Of a DNA stretch of 64,000 nt, positions 1 through 9,315 are shown piece after piece. The notes under the pieces were generated by a model, which was not told where the DNA came from, did not search any database, and was given only the letters and a program-made list of their open reading frames with translations. Location: positions 1 through 64,000 of IMG/VR virus record IMGVR_UViG_3300005613_000018; one strand, written 5' to 3'. Both the position numbers and the translations under genes were made by a program. How positions within the stretch are numbered: position 1 is the stretch's first letter; every line of letters begins with the position of its first letter. The stretch is from a virus.

Positions 1-895
1 GATTCGTGAACCAGTTGCTGGTTCTCTCATGTATGGAAATAACATCATCTCTGGTGCTGTTGTTCCTTCTTCAAATGCTATCGGACTTCACTTCTACCCT
101 ATCTGGGAAGCAGCAAGTCTTGATGAATGGCTCTACAACGGTGGTCCTTACCAACTCGTTGTCTTCCACTTCCTCATCGGCGTCTTCTGCTACATGGGTC
201 GTGAGTGGGAACTTTCCTACCGCCTGGGCATGAGACCTTGGATCTGTGTTGCATACTCTGCACCTGTTGCAGCAGCATCTGCTGTATTCCTTGTCTATCC
301 TTTCGGTCAAGGTTCGTTCTCTGACGGTATGCCTCTTGGAATCTCTGGTACATTCAACTACATGCTTGTCTTCCAGGCAGAACACAACATCCTGATGCAC
401 CCCTTCCACATGTTGGGAGTCGCAGGTGTTTTCGGTGGTTCACTGTTCTCAGCGATGCATGGTTCACTTGTTACATCTTCACTCGTAAGAGAAACAACTG
501 AAACTGAGTCCCAGAACTATGGTTACAAGTTCGGTCAAGAAGAAGAGACCTATAACATCGTTGCTGCACATGGATACTTTGGTCGTCTGATCTTCCAATA
601 CGCATCGTTCAACAACTCACGTTCACTTCACTTCTTCCTGGCAGCATGGCCTGTCATTGGAATCTGGTTCACTGCACTTGGTGTTAGCACCATGGCATTC
701 AACCTCAACGGTTTCAACTTCAACCAGTCCATCATCGATGGTCAAGGTCGTGTCCTGAACACCTGGGCAGATGTCCTCAACCGTGCTGGTCTTGGAATGG
801 AAGTTATGCATGAGCGTAACGCACACAACTTCCCACTCGATCTGGCAGCAGCTGAGTCTACTCCTGTGGCACTCACCGCTCCTAGCATCGGTTGA
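1..895 (+). CDS. psbA: Photosystem II D1 protein (5'-truncated by window edge)
   Basis: Open frame reading ...[36 protein letters not shown]...[13 protein letters not shown]; unmistakable D1. Confidence 0.99.
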   Translation, partial: IREPVAGSLMYGNNIISGAVVPSSNAIGLHFYPIWEAASLDEWLYNGGPYQLVVFHFLIGVFCYMGREWELSYRLGMRPWICVAYSAPVAAASAVFLVYPFGQGSFSDGMPLGISGTFNYMLVFQAEHNILMHPFHMLGVAGVFGGSLFSAMHGSLVTSSLVRETTETESQNYGYKFGQEEETYNIVAAHGYFGRLIFQYASFNNSRSLHFFLAAWPVIGIWFTALGVSTMAFNLNGFNFNQSIIDGQGRVLNTWADVLNRAGLGMEVMHERNAHNFPLDLAAAESTPVALTAPSIG

Positions 896-915
896 TACGA
901 TATACAACCTAACCT

Positions 916-942
916 TAGGGTCCTTCGGGACCCTATTTTTTT
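916..942 (+). terminator. Intrinsic terminator after psbA
   Basis: TAGGGTCC-TTCG-GGACCCTA followed by T-run. Confidence 0.9.
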
Positions 943-1048
943 CTCCTCAAATGTAAAGTTATGATAACTTCGGAGACACCTTACAAATTTGCCGAGATCA
1001 TTCGTGATACTTGGCCACAACTGTTTTACTTAAGAAAGGAAAATAACA

Positions 1049-1153
1049 ATGGTAGCAAGCACTATGACTCCTCCAAGAAGGGGGTGGTTCGATGTCCTGG
1101 ATGACTGGCTTAAACGCGACCGCTTTGTCTTTGTGGGTTGGACTGCACTCTAA
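1049..1153 (+). pseudogene. psbD: psbD remnant (34 codons; D2 N-terminus joined to AL-stop)
   Basis: Translates [34 protein letters not shown], with AAGGA upstream; usual position after psbA. Confidence 0.88.
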
Positions 1154-1226
1154 CCTTTAATAAGGATTTCTCTTATTAAAGGAAACCCACTAAACCTTTA
1201 ATAAGACCACTTCCACAACTGTCACA

Positions 1227-1262
1227 GCACTCCTTTACAGGGGTGCTTTTTTATTGTATAAT
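1227..1262 (+). promoter_or_regulatory. sigma70-type promoter overlapping a stem-loop (copy 1)
   Basis: TTTACA-N17-TATAAT within GCACTCCT-ttac-AGGGGTGC-T6; near-identical copy at 2249. Confidence 0.75.
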
Positions 1263-1285
1263 ATTCTTATAGTCAATCAGGAACC

Positions 1286-1738
1286 ATGACCTACGAAGCA
1301 GAAGTTCAATTCAAGTTTGATGCCACTTACACTCACGATTATAATCGCGGGTTTGCATCTCACCTTGGTGATGATGACTTCCTACCTGAAGAGCATTTCC
1401 TGATCACTGCTCCTGCTGCTGACCTCAACTGTAAGCAGTATTTCAAACTGTTTGAGAAGTTCATGCTTTGTGTAGGAATGGATCCCGTATCCATTCGTTC
1501 TGGTGCTATGTCACTGGTCTTCAATGATATGGTACGAGAGGAAGATCAACGTAAGGTCTGTAAAGAGTATGAACTGACTATGGATGAAGACCTGGAGAAG
1601 AAATACCAAGAGTATAAAGAGCGTGATGCAGAATTGGCACGATTGAGTAAGAAAGAACCCAAGATCAAAGGTGATTATACCAAAGATGAATTCGGGCACA
1701 TTTCTGATGCATTTGATAGTGCTGATGGAGTAGCATAG
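1286..1738 (+). CDS. Hypothetical phage protein
   Basis: 150-aa ORF with AGGA RBS after promoter. Confidence 0.75.
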   Translation: MTYEAEVQFKFDATYTHDYNRGFASHLGDDDFLPEEHFLITAPAADLNCKQYFKLFEKFMLCVGMDPVSIRSGAMSLVFNDMVREEDQRKVCKEYELTMDEDLEKKYQEYKERDAELARLSKKEPKIKGDYTKDEFGHISDAFDSADGVA

Positions 1739-1892
1739 TGAGAGATAAAATCATTTTTATCCTCCCATTCTTTCAAGTTATCATTGCACTGGTAACTCTT
1801 TCTAAGATACCAGAACCTCCTCCACAGTATTTCTGTGAGCAAGGTAAAGACACTTATGGTAACGCATATCCAATTATTATTTGTAACCCACA

Positions 1893-2240
1893 ATGAGCAT
1901 CCCCAATTTCAAATCTAATCACGACTGGGAAGCATTTACTCAGATCTTTGATCGTCAGTGGCATTGTAAGCTAGCACTGCTCAATCGTGTCAAGAATGAT
2001 TTGTTCCCTGAATATAAATCATGGGATCAACTTCAACCACAAACACTGGAAGTCATCAATGACATGGTACAATCTATGTTGTATGATGTAGATCGTCAGT
2101 TCAAAGAGACACACCAGGACTACAAGACTGATGATGATGAGATCTTTATTCCTCATCGTTCTTTCAAAGAGAATGTAACAGAAGCACTCAATGAAGCACT
2201 TGACAAACGTGGTGCTACTGATATTGTTTTAGATGACTGA
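1893..2240 (+). CDS. Hypothetical phage protein
   Basis: 115-aa co-oriented ORF. Confidence 0.7.
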   Translation: MSIPNFKSNHDWEAFTQIFDRQWHCKLALLNRVKNDLFPEYKSWDQLQPQTLEVINDMVQSMLYDVDRQFKETHQDYKTDDDEIFIPHRSFKENVTEALNEALDKRGATDIVLDD

Positions 2241-2248
2241 CCACAGAG

Positions 2249-2284
2249 GCACTCCTTTACGGGGGTGCTTTTTTATTGTATAAT
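2249..2284 (+). promoter_or_regulatory. sigma70-type promoter overlapping a stem-loop (copy 2)
   Basis: 35/36 identical to 1227-1262. Confidence 0.75.
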
Positions 2285-2306
2285 GACCCTGTAACTATCC
2301 AACTTT

Positions 2307-3197
2307 ATGAAACTCTGGATGCTTGGTAATCGTCTCACTACTGAGATGTATGAACGTAACAGATTTGTAGAAGAAGCAGATAAATATGGTATTGATTTCT
2401 CAGTAGTTTTTGCTGATGAAATCGACTTGATCGTTTCCCGTGATGACCGCAAATCCATTCGATATCGTAATGATATTGTCAGTCTCCCTGACTGTTTACT
2501 TGCTCGTACTGGGTCTGGTACTGGGTATTTTAATCTCAGTGTTCTCAGACAGTTTGAAAGACTGAATGTATTGACATTGCCCAACTCTGCTTCTATTGAG
2601 GCATCAAAGGATAAGATGTATGCTAACCAGATTATGGCACAAGCAGGACTTCCTATCCCAAAGACGATGCTGACAAGATTTCCTTGTAAATCGGAAACAG
2701 TTGAGAAACAAGTAGGATTTCCTTGTGTCCTAAAAGTGGTCACAGGATCTCATGGTGCTGGTGTTTTCCTTTGTGAAGATGCCAAACAGTTTGAGGATTT
2801 GTCAGAACTTATTTCTTCCCTTGAAGCAAAATCTTCTATGATTGTTCAGGAGTATGTGAAAGAATCAGAAGGAAGAGACCTTCGGGTCATTGTTATTGGA
2901 GGTAGAGTTGTTGGGGCAATGCAACGCAAGTCTACTGATGGTTCATTTAAAGCCAATATTTCCCGTGGAGGCAAAGGGGAAACATACGATGTTGATGACG
3001 AATTGGAAATGCTATCAATTCAAGTTGCAAAAGTTCTCGATCTTGATATTGCTGGTGTTGATTTATTATTTCACAGTGACGGATACCGAATCTGTGAAGC
3101 AAACTCAGCCCCAGGATTCCAAGGATTTGAAGAAGCACTAGGGATTAATGTTCCCCAGAAAGTTTTTGACTATGTTAAACTCAGATGTGGAGGGTGA
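2307..3197 (+). CDS. rimK: RimK-family ATP-grasp alpha-L-glutamate ligase
   Basis: Motifs P-x-V-x-K..GSHGAGV, IVQEYV, DLRVIVIG, FKANISRGG, AGVDLL, CEANSAPG. Confidence 0.88.
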   Translation: MKLWMLGNRLTTEMYERNRFVEEADKYGIDFSVVFADEIDLIVSRDDRKSIRYRNDIVSLPDCLLARTGSGTGYFNLSVLRQFERLNVLTLPNSASIEASKDKMYANQIMAQAGLPIPKTMLTRFPCKSETVEKQVGFPCVLKVVTGSHGAGVFLCEDAKQFEDLSELISSLEAKSSMIVQEYVKESEGRDLRVIVIGGRVVGAMQRKSTDGSFKANISRGGKGETYDVDDELEMLSIQVAKVLDLDIAGVDLLFHSDGYRICEANSAPGFQGFEEALGINVPQKVFDYVKLRCGG

Positions 3198-3417
3198 ATG
3201 CTTACAATTATTAATCATGTAACTGCATTTTGGACTGTGGTCGTGATGAATTGTATTCAACCAGTCAATTGGCAATACTGTTATCGTATTGATCAATGGT
3301 TATTGCTAGAATTGAGTCAGGGAATTCAGATATATTTTGACAAGAGAATGGATTTCCTGTATAAATCAGAGAGGGACTATCTAGATAAATTAATTAAGTA
3401 AATGTTTAGAAGATGTA

Positions 3418-3549
3418 ATGTCAGATAGAACACATCCTGTTTGCAATAAATGTGGTGGTAAAGGTTGCAATTACTGTCACGAAGGTTGGGAATGTGAAGG
3501 TCATAACTGCAAAAAGTGTAAAATATTTGGACCCATTAAAGGAGAATGA
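3418..3549 (+). CDS. Small Cys-rich (CxxCxGxG) putative Zn-finger protein
   Basis: MSDRTHPVCNKCGGKGCNYCHEGWECEGHNCKKCKIF..., read manually. Confidence 0.5.
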   Translation: MSDRTHPVCNKCGGKGCNYCHEGWECEGHNCKKCKIFGPIKGE

Positions 3550-3997
3550 CATATGCATATGTTTGATACCGATATTCAACTCTTAATGAAAGAGATAAAT
3601 GATCTTAAAGAAAGAGTTGAATTTTTAGAAAAAGAAAATATTTCACAGACTAATGAATTATATGAACTGATGAATGAGATAGATTCTAAAAGGTGGAGGC
3701 ATCCAGAATCATGTATTAATTCACTAGATCCATGATTGAATTTTATATTCCATTTATACTTACTTTTGGTGTTTGCTTTTTTGGTATTTTTCTTTTCATC
3801 CTATCAGTATTATCAGAATAATGGTATCATACCTGTGGATGAAGGATTAATATTCCTAAATATTATTTAAACAGAATTTAAACAAATTCACATTCAATAA
3901 TGTCAGACCCATACAGTATTAAACCCCTGCTTTTAGAAGTGGGGGGTGTTTTTATATCTCTTTTAGTCCTTTCAATTCCATTAATAATAATCCTATT

Positions 3998-4240
3998 ATG
4001 AATTTATCTTTTACTGTTTATTCTAAAATTGGTTGCCCCTTTTGCACAAAGATTATGAAATTGTTAGAAATGTCCGAAATCTACTATACTGAGTATAAAC
4101 TTGGAAGGGACTTTACAAAGGAAGAATTTTATTCTAAATTTGGAACTGGTTCAACTTTCCCTAGAGTTATGGTTGGAGATCAACTGATAGGTGGTTGTTC
4201 CGAATCTGTCAAATACCTCAGAGAAAATAATTTGGTGTAA
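3998..4240 (+). CDS. nrdC: Glutaredoxin
   Basis: CPFC active site, TFPRV and IGGC motifs. Confidence 0.9.
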   Translation: MNLSFTVYSKIGCPFCTKIMKLLEMSEIYYTEYKLGRDFTKEEFYSKFGTGSTFPRVMVGDQLIGGCSESVKYLRENNLV

Positions 4241-4596
4241 TGGACTACTACTGGGAACTCATTGATATTGTAGAAAAAACAGTTGACTATGCATTTGAAT
4301 GTAAATATAGACTTAACATGTATGAGTATCTCAAACGTGAAAAATTTACCAAAAATGATGTTGAAAAATTTATGAATAGTGATACTGTAAAAAGTATCAA
4401 TCTAATTATTCTTGACCTTGAACAATATCTTGAAGGTGGTAGTGATATTCATCATCAACAATTAAGAGAAGCTTATGGTCATTATGGTAAACCAGAAGCA
4501 AGAAAGATAAAAAATTATCTCAAAGAGTTATTACAAGATTGTTGGAAATATGGGAAAGAAAAAAGAACAAGAAAAAGAAGAAAACCATCTAAATAA
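4240..4596 (+). CDS. Conserved cyanophage hypothetical protein
   Basis: 118 aa, LEQYLEGG...LREAYGH..KPEARKIKNYL. Confidence 0.75.
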   Translation: MDYYWELIDIVEKTVDYAFECKYRLNMYEYLKREKFTKNDVEKFMNSDTVKSINLIILDLEQYLEGGSDIHHQQLREAYGHYGKPEARKIKNYLKELLQDCWKYGKEKRTRKRRKPSK

Positions 4597-4772
4597 TCAT
4601 GAAGATGATTCCCTGAAAATTAATCGGGGAGTTGAATTACTTCTTAGAAATAGAAGGAGGGAACCAACAAAAACTTTTCAGACGAAGTTTAGAAAAATGG
4701 TTTCTCTTTTTCATAAAGAATTCCATTTTTTCTTAGATATACAATTTGATATAAGAAAAAAGGAGGACTAAA

Positions 4773-4997
4773 ATGTTAGCAGTCACACTCACTCTTTCAA
4801 CAATTATTTCGATTTTATTTTTATTAGTAGGATCAGTAATTGGATATCTTCTCAAAGAATATGTGATTGAAAGAAATTCAACATTTATTCCGACTCATCC
4901 AGAAATGTTTGATGAAAATGGTAACATTATACCTGACGAAGTAATGGCAGTCAGATTTGAAAACACTTTAGATGATTTTGAAGAAACGGACGATTGA
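4773..4997 (+). CDS. Small membrane protein
   Basis: N-terminal TM helix followed by HPEMFDENG; GGAGG RBS. Confidence 0.75.
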   Translation: MLAVTLTLSTIISILFLLVGSVIGYLLKEYVIERNSTFIPTHPEMFDENGNIIPDEVMAVRFENTLDDFEETDD

Positions 4998-5043
4998 CAG
5001 ATCAATCTAAATATTATACACTGAATAAGTTGAGACAAAAATT

Positions 5044-5535
5044 ATGGTTACATCAACTACAACAAGAAAAAAATCTTCTACAACAATTAAAGAACTTCCA
5101 CCAAATCCATTCATTTCAGAAATTCTAAGTCTCGTTAGTAAACAGAGATCTAATGATAAGAAAGTGGAAGTTCTTAAGAAGTATAGAACTGATGCTCTCA
5201 CCGCTGTTCTAATTTGGAATTTTGATGAGAGTGTCATTTCTATGCTTCCTGAAGGTGAGGTTCCTTTTGAAAGGAATGAAGTCCCTGTTGGAACTGATCA
5301 CACTTCTCTTCGTAAAGAGTGGAAAAATCTTTATCATTTTGTCAAAGGTGGTAATGATAGCCTTTCTAAAACTCGTAGAGAATCTATGTTCATTCAGATT
5401 CTTGAAGGCCTTCATCCAGACGAAGCTGATATTCTTTGTCTTGTAAAAGACGGTAATTTGGATACCAAGTATAAAATTAGTAAAGCTGTGGTAGAGAAAG
5501 CTTTTCCTGATATTAAATGGGGAGATAGATCTTGA
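5044..5535 (+). CDS. Conserved T4-like phage hypothetical protein
   Basis: LPEGEVPF, RRESMFIQILEGLHPDEA. Confidence 0.8.
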   Translation: MVTSTTTRKKSSTTIKELPPNPFISEILSLVSKQRSNDKKVEVLKKYRTDALTAVLIWNFDESVISMLPEGEVPFERNEVPVGTDHTSLRKEWKNLYHFVKGGNDSLSKTRRESMFIQILEGLHPDEADILCLVKDGNLDTKYKISKAVVEKAFPDIKWGDRS

Positions 5536-5780
5536 GTAAAGTTAAAATTATTCGTGAAGATTGTGACAAATCTTTTTCTGAAAATAAAAGCCTTCCGAAT
5601 AATGCTTACCTCGTAACATATATTCTTAATGATGGTGTGAAGTATGATTTGGTGCAGTCCATCAAAGTAGTAGATATTTTTGATCATTATTATGACAAAT
5701 ATAGAACAGATCTGAAAGACATTAAACAGTCTGCAGGTACAGCAAATCCTAAACTTTGGAATGGTGAATTGAATGACTAA
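5532..5780 (+). CDS. Hypothetical protein
   Basis: 82-aa ORF overlapping upstream stop. Confidence 0.65.
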   Translation: MSKVKIIREDCDKSFSENKSLPNNAYLVTYILNDGVKYDLVQSIKVVDIFDHYYDKYRTDLKDIKQSAGTANPKLWNGELND

Positions 5781-5959
5781 AGGTTTTGATATTAATTTTG
5801 AAGGTCTTGACATGAATCCTGATCAGGTTCAAAGTCTTCTCAAAAAATATAAGAAGATCAAAAAGTATCAGAAATCAAGTTTGTTTGCTGTCAAAACTAT
5901 GGATGGGACAGAAGATTATGTGTCTCAGATGATCAAAGAGGGAGAAGAGTACGGGCCCC

Positions 5960-5988
5960 TTGACTAAATAGATACAGTGGTCTATAAT
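5960..5988 (+). promoter_or_regulatory. sigma70-type promoter
   Basis: TTGACT-N17-TATAAT directly before riboswitch. Confidence 0.8.
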
Positions 5989-5996
5989 AGACCTGT

Positions 5997-6044
5997 CGTT
6001 CATTCTCTATTTCCGAATAGAGAACGCAAGTAAGTCGCGGAACG
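5997..6044 (+). ncRNA. Glutamine riboswitch-like aptamer 1 (glnA/Downstream-peptide class)
   Basis: P1 CGTTC/GAACG, P2 TTCTCTATT/AATAGAGAA, CGCAAGTAAG core; DUF4278-like gene downstream. Confidence 0.72.
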
Positions 6045-6061
6045 GAGCGTTAGCAATTAGA

Positions 6062-6634
6062 ATGATTTATTACACTTACTACTCTTACGAACCCTTTGGG
6101 AGAGGCTACATTGGTAGCAGAGGATGTGAGTGTAATCCAGTGGAGGATAATTATTTTGGTTCCTATGGAGACAAAACATTTAATCCTTCCTCTAAAATCA
6201 TTCTTACCGAACATGCTACGAGAGAGGAAGCAGTTGAAGCAGAAGTAAAACTCCATGAGTTTTATCAAGTTGATACTAATCCTCACTTTGCTAATAGGGC
6301 AAAGCAAACATCTTCTTCATTTTCTTTCTGTTCTCAGGGAGAACGAATTGGTAGAGGCAATCCCTGTTTTGGTAAAGTTCGTGTTACTGACGGTAAAAAT
6401 GAACGAGTAGTTTATGAGAATGACATTCCTTCTGGGTGGTGGAAAGGTAGAAGTCGTAATCCAAAAGAATACGCTACTACTAAATCCATAACATATACCA
6501 GAGGTAAAATGTATGATGACTTTCTAAAAGATGTAAGTAAAGATGAATCTATTTTATCTTTACCTATTAGAAAACTTGCAGAAATTTATCAAACATCTCA
6601 TACTTCTATTCGTCGCTGGAAAAAATCAATCTAA
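6062..6634 (+). mobile_element. Free-standing GIY-YIG (Seg-like) homing endonuclease gene
   Basis: N-terminal YYTY-x8-GYIG, EEAVEAE, FAN; C-terminal HTH-like segment. Confidence 0.75.
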
Positions 6635-6635
6635 T

Positions 6636-6841
6636 CGTTCATCCTATGTTTGAGTTAGCACTATTAGCAAATCTAAATCGTAATCCTGAGATGACTTGTT
6701 TACAAGTCAGAGAAATTGCAGAAACCGTAGTGGAATCTGAAATGAAGGATCGTGATAAAGAAATGTTTCTGACAAGATTATTTGGCAGATACATGACCTT
6801 AAAGTGCATCAAAGAATAGGACGCACACGACTGAAGGAACG
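6636..6841 (+). ncRNA. Glutamine riboswitch-like aptamer 2 with ORF in the P2 loop
   Basis: CGTTCA-TCCTAT...ATAGGA-CGCACACGACTGAAGGAACG. Confidence 0.6.
6646..6819 (+). CDS. 57-aa hypothetical protein nested in aptamer 2
   Basis: Uninterrupted MFELALLANLNRNPEMTCLQVREI...LKCIKE*. Confidence 0.6.
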   Translation: MFELALLANLNRNPEMTCLQVREIAETVVESEMKDRDKEMFLTRLFGRYMTLKCIKE

Positions 6842-6899
6842 GAAAACGGATCCAGCGAAAGCTGAGAAGGTTAACTTTCCATTCTTTTAGGAGTCAATC

Positions 6900-7067
6900 A
6901 TGAACACACTTAATCTCATTCGTAAGCAGATTCAAAAAGCATCTGCTCTTCATGACGCACAAATCTTCCACACTTCATATCGTGGTGTAGAATTTAAAGT
7001 TGACAATCATGATTCAAAAGAAACTCATGGTAAATTTACTTATCGTGGTCATACTTATGAAAAATGA
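6900..7067 (+). CDS. DUF4278-like small protein
   Basis: AGGAG RBS; SYRGVEF and TYRGHTY repeats; downstream of glutamine aptamers. Confidence 0.75.
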   Translation: MNTLNLIRKQIQKASALHDAQIFHTSYRGVEFKVDNHDSKETHGKFTYRGHTYEK

Positions 7068-7153
7068 AATTTAAATTAAGAGTATTGTTTTAGAGGGAAG
7101 AGTTGACACTCTTCCCTTTTTTGTTTAAAATAAGTCATGAATAATTTCTTCTT

Positions 7154-7315
7154 ATGGAAAAAGACAAAATTAAACTTATTGTAAGAAATTTAAGACTTTT
7201 AGTCGATGCATTAGAGTCAGAAGTCTATTCTGATATCAAATCTTATACAAATGATTTGGAAGAATCACTTCCACCCTTACCTGATTATGATGAGGTGTTT
7301 GAAGATGACGAATGA
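7154..7315 (+). CDS. Small acidic conserved cyanophage protein
   Basis: MEKDKIKLIVRNLRLLVDALESEVYSD...DYDEVFEDDE, after TTGACA-N17-TAAAAT. Confidence 0.65.
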   Translation: MEKDKIKLIVRNLRLLVDALESEVYSDIKSYTNDLEESLPPLPDYDEVFEDDE

Positions 7316-7630
7316 TTGGAGATTCACTGAAGAAAAACTCAAATTGAGAAGTAGGTGTATTGAAATTCTTCTACAAAAATTTGGTGGGGTAAATATAGAT
7401 AAAGCTCCCTATAATACAAAAGAAATTTATGAGTGTGCCCATGATTGGGTATCACAAGGGAACAAAAATTCTAATGGTATTGTGGCTTATTTCAACGCTT
7501 ATTACAACCATGAAAACAAAACAAGCGATCAAGTACATACTTAAACATCCAGAACTTTTCACAGAAGGAGAACTCTCCTATGTTAAAAGGGTCAAAGAAG
7601 AACGTAAATTAAGGAAATTGAAAAGAAAAC

Positions 7631-8263
7631 ATGAATCAAGCGAATCTAATATCAGTGACACCTGAAGCAGAAAAACACATTGCTTACTGTGCTAGGGTTT
7701 CAAATCCTCTCAATCAAGACAATGAAAATTTTGCTGGTCTTCTGAAATATTGTATTAAACATAAACACTGGAGTATTTTTGAACAAGCGTTCATGACTCT
7801 TGAAATTTCAACAACAAGGGGAATTGCAGCTCAAGTTTTACGTCATAGAAGTTTTACTTTTCAAGAGTTCTCTCAAAGGTATGCTGACACAAAACTTTTG
7901 ACTGATATTGAACTTCCAGAACTTCGTCGTCAAGATACAAAGAATCGTCAAAATTCTATTGATGATCTTGACCCCGAAGTTGTGGAAAAATTGAATCGTC
8001 AGATGATAACGTTGTTTAGTTCTGCTTCTAGTCTTTATAATCAAATGTTAGAATCTGGTGTTGCAAAAGAATGTGCTCGATTTGTACTTCCTCTCGCAAC
8101 ACCAACTCGAATGTATATGACAGGATCTTTGAGAAGCTGGATTCATTATATTGATCTGAGAGCTGCTAATGGAACTCAGAAAGAACATATGGATATTGCA
8201 AATTCTTGTAAGAAAATTTTCAAAGAACAATTTCCTATAATTTCAGAAGCTTTGGAATGGTAA
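7631..8263 (+). CDS. thyX: Flavin-dependent thymidylate synthase
   Basis: HWSIFE and RHRSFTFQEFSQRY signature. Confidence 0.95.
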   Translation: MNQANLISVTPEAEKHIAYCARVSNPLNQDNENFAGLLKYCIKHKHWSIFEQAFMTLEISTTRGIAAQVLRHRSFTFQEFSQRYADTKLLTDIELPELRRQDTKNRQNSIDDLDPEVVEKLNRQMITLFSSASSLYNQMLESGVAKECARFVLPLATPTRMYMTGSLRSWIHYIDLRAANGTQKEHMDIANSCKKIFKEQFPIISEALEW

Positions 8264-8289
8264 TAAATATTAACACATTATGAGGTGAT

Positions 8290-8544
8290 GTGATGGCAAC
8301 ATACCCTGTAAAAAATAAGGAAACAGGAGAGACCAAAGAAGTAGTTATGAGTATTCATGACTGGGATCAATGGTGTGGAGACAATCCCGATTGGGAAAGA
8401 TATTACACTCCAGATAATGCTCCTAAATTGGGACTTGAAATGGGAGAACCATTCAGTAAAATTTACACCAAACATCCAGGTTGGAAAGATGTTATTGGAA
8501 AGGCAAAAAAACAACCTGGATCAAATCTAAAACATTACGACTAA
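8290..8544 (+). CDS. Conserved hypothetical protein
   Basis: MATYPVKNKETGE; usual position between thyX and phoH. Confidence 0.7.
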   Translation: MMATYPVKNKETGETKEVVMSIHDWDQWCGDNPDWERYYTPDNAPKLGLEMGEPFSKIYTKHPGWKDVIGKAKKQPGSNLKHYD

Positions 8545-8550
8545 TCGAGT

Positions 8551-9315
8551 ATGCCAGCAAAGAAAAAATCGGGAATTGGAAGCACCAATCCAGTGCCATT
8601 CGGTATGAGTAATAGAGTTATGAAAAGGAAAAAACCAATCAATCTTGATTATATCAAGAAGATTGAACCATTGACTGACAATCAAGAAACTTTCTTTGAA
8701 AAATACAAACAAGATCAAAATCTGGTTGCTTACGGTTGTGCTGGTACAGGTAAGACCTTTATCACCCTCTACAACGCACTTCTAGATGTTTTAGACCCAA
8801 AGACACCTTACGAGAAGATTTACATCGTCAGGTCTCTTGTGGCTACCAGAGAGATTGGTTTCCTTCCTGGAGATCATGAAGACAAATCTTCTCTTTATCA
8901 GATTCCATATAAGAACATGGTGAAATACATGTTCGAAATGCCCGATGATTCTGCCTTTGAGATGCTTTATTCAAATCTTAAAGCTCAAGGTACAATTTCT
9001 TTTTGGTCTACCTCTTTTATTCGTGGTACGACTCTTGACAATTGTATTATCATCGTTGATGAATTTCAAAATCTCAACTTTCACGAACTCGATTCTATTA
9101 TCACTCGTGTTGGTGAAGGTTCTAAAATTATGTTCTGTGGTGACGCTACTCAATCAGACCTTGTGAAAGTATCTGAAAGAAGTGGTATCATGGATTTCAT
9201 TCGTATTCTTAGAAATATGCCTTCATTTGATATGGTTGAATTTGAAGCAGAGGACATTTGTAGAAGTGGTCTCGTTAAAGAATACATTATTTCAAAACTT
9301 GAACTAGGTATGTGA
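8551..9315 (+). CDS. phoH: PhoH-family ATPase
   Basis: GCAGTGKT, IGFLPG, RGTT, DEFQN, GDATQSD. Confidence 0.95.
   Translation: MPAKKKSGIGSTNPVPFGMSNRVMKRKKPINLDYIKKIEPLTDNQETFFEKYKQDQNLVAYGCAGTGKTFITLYNALLDVLDPKTPYEKIYIVRSLVATREIGFLPGDHEDKSSLYQIPYKNMVKYMFEMPDDSAFEMLYSNLKAQGTISFWSTSFIRGTTLDNCIIIVDEFQNLNFHELDSIITRVGEGSKIMFCGDATQSDLVKVSERSGIMDFIRILRNMPSFDMVEFEAEDICRSGLVKEYIISKLELGM

Noticed and set aside
1-9315. Group I intron in psbA or thyX housing the endonuclease
   Set aside because: Both frames are uninterrupted in the window; the endonuclease is free-standing
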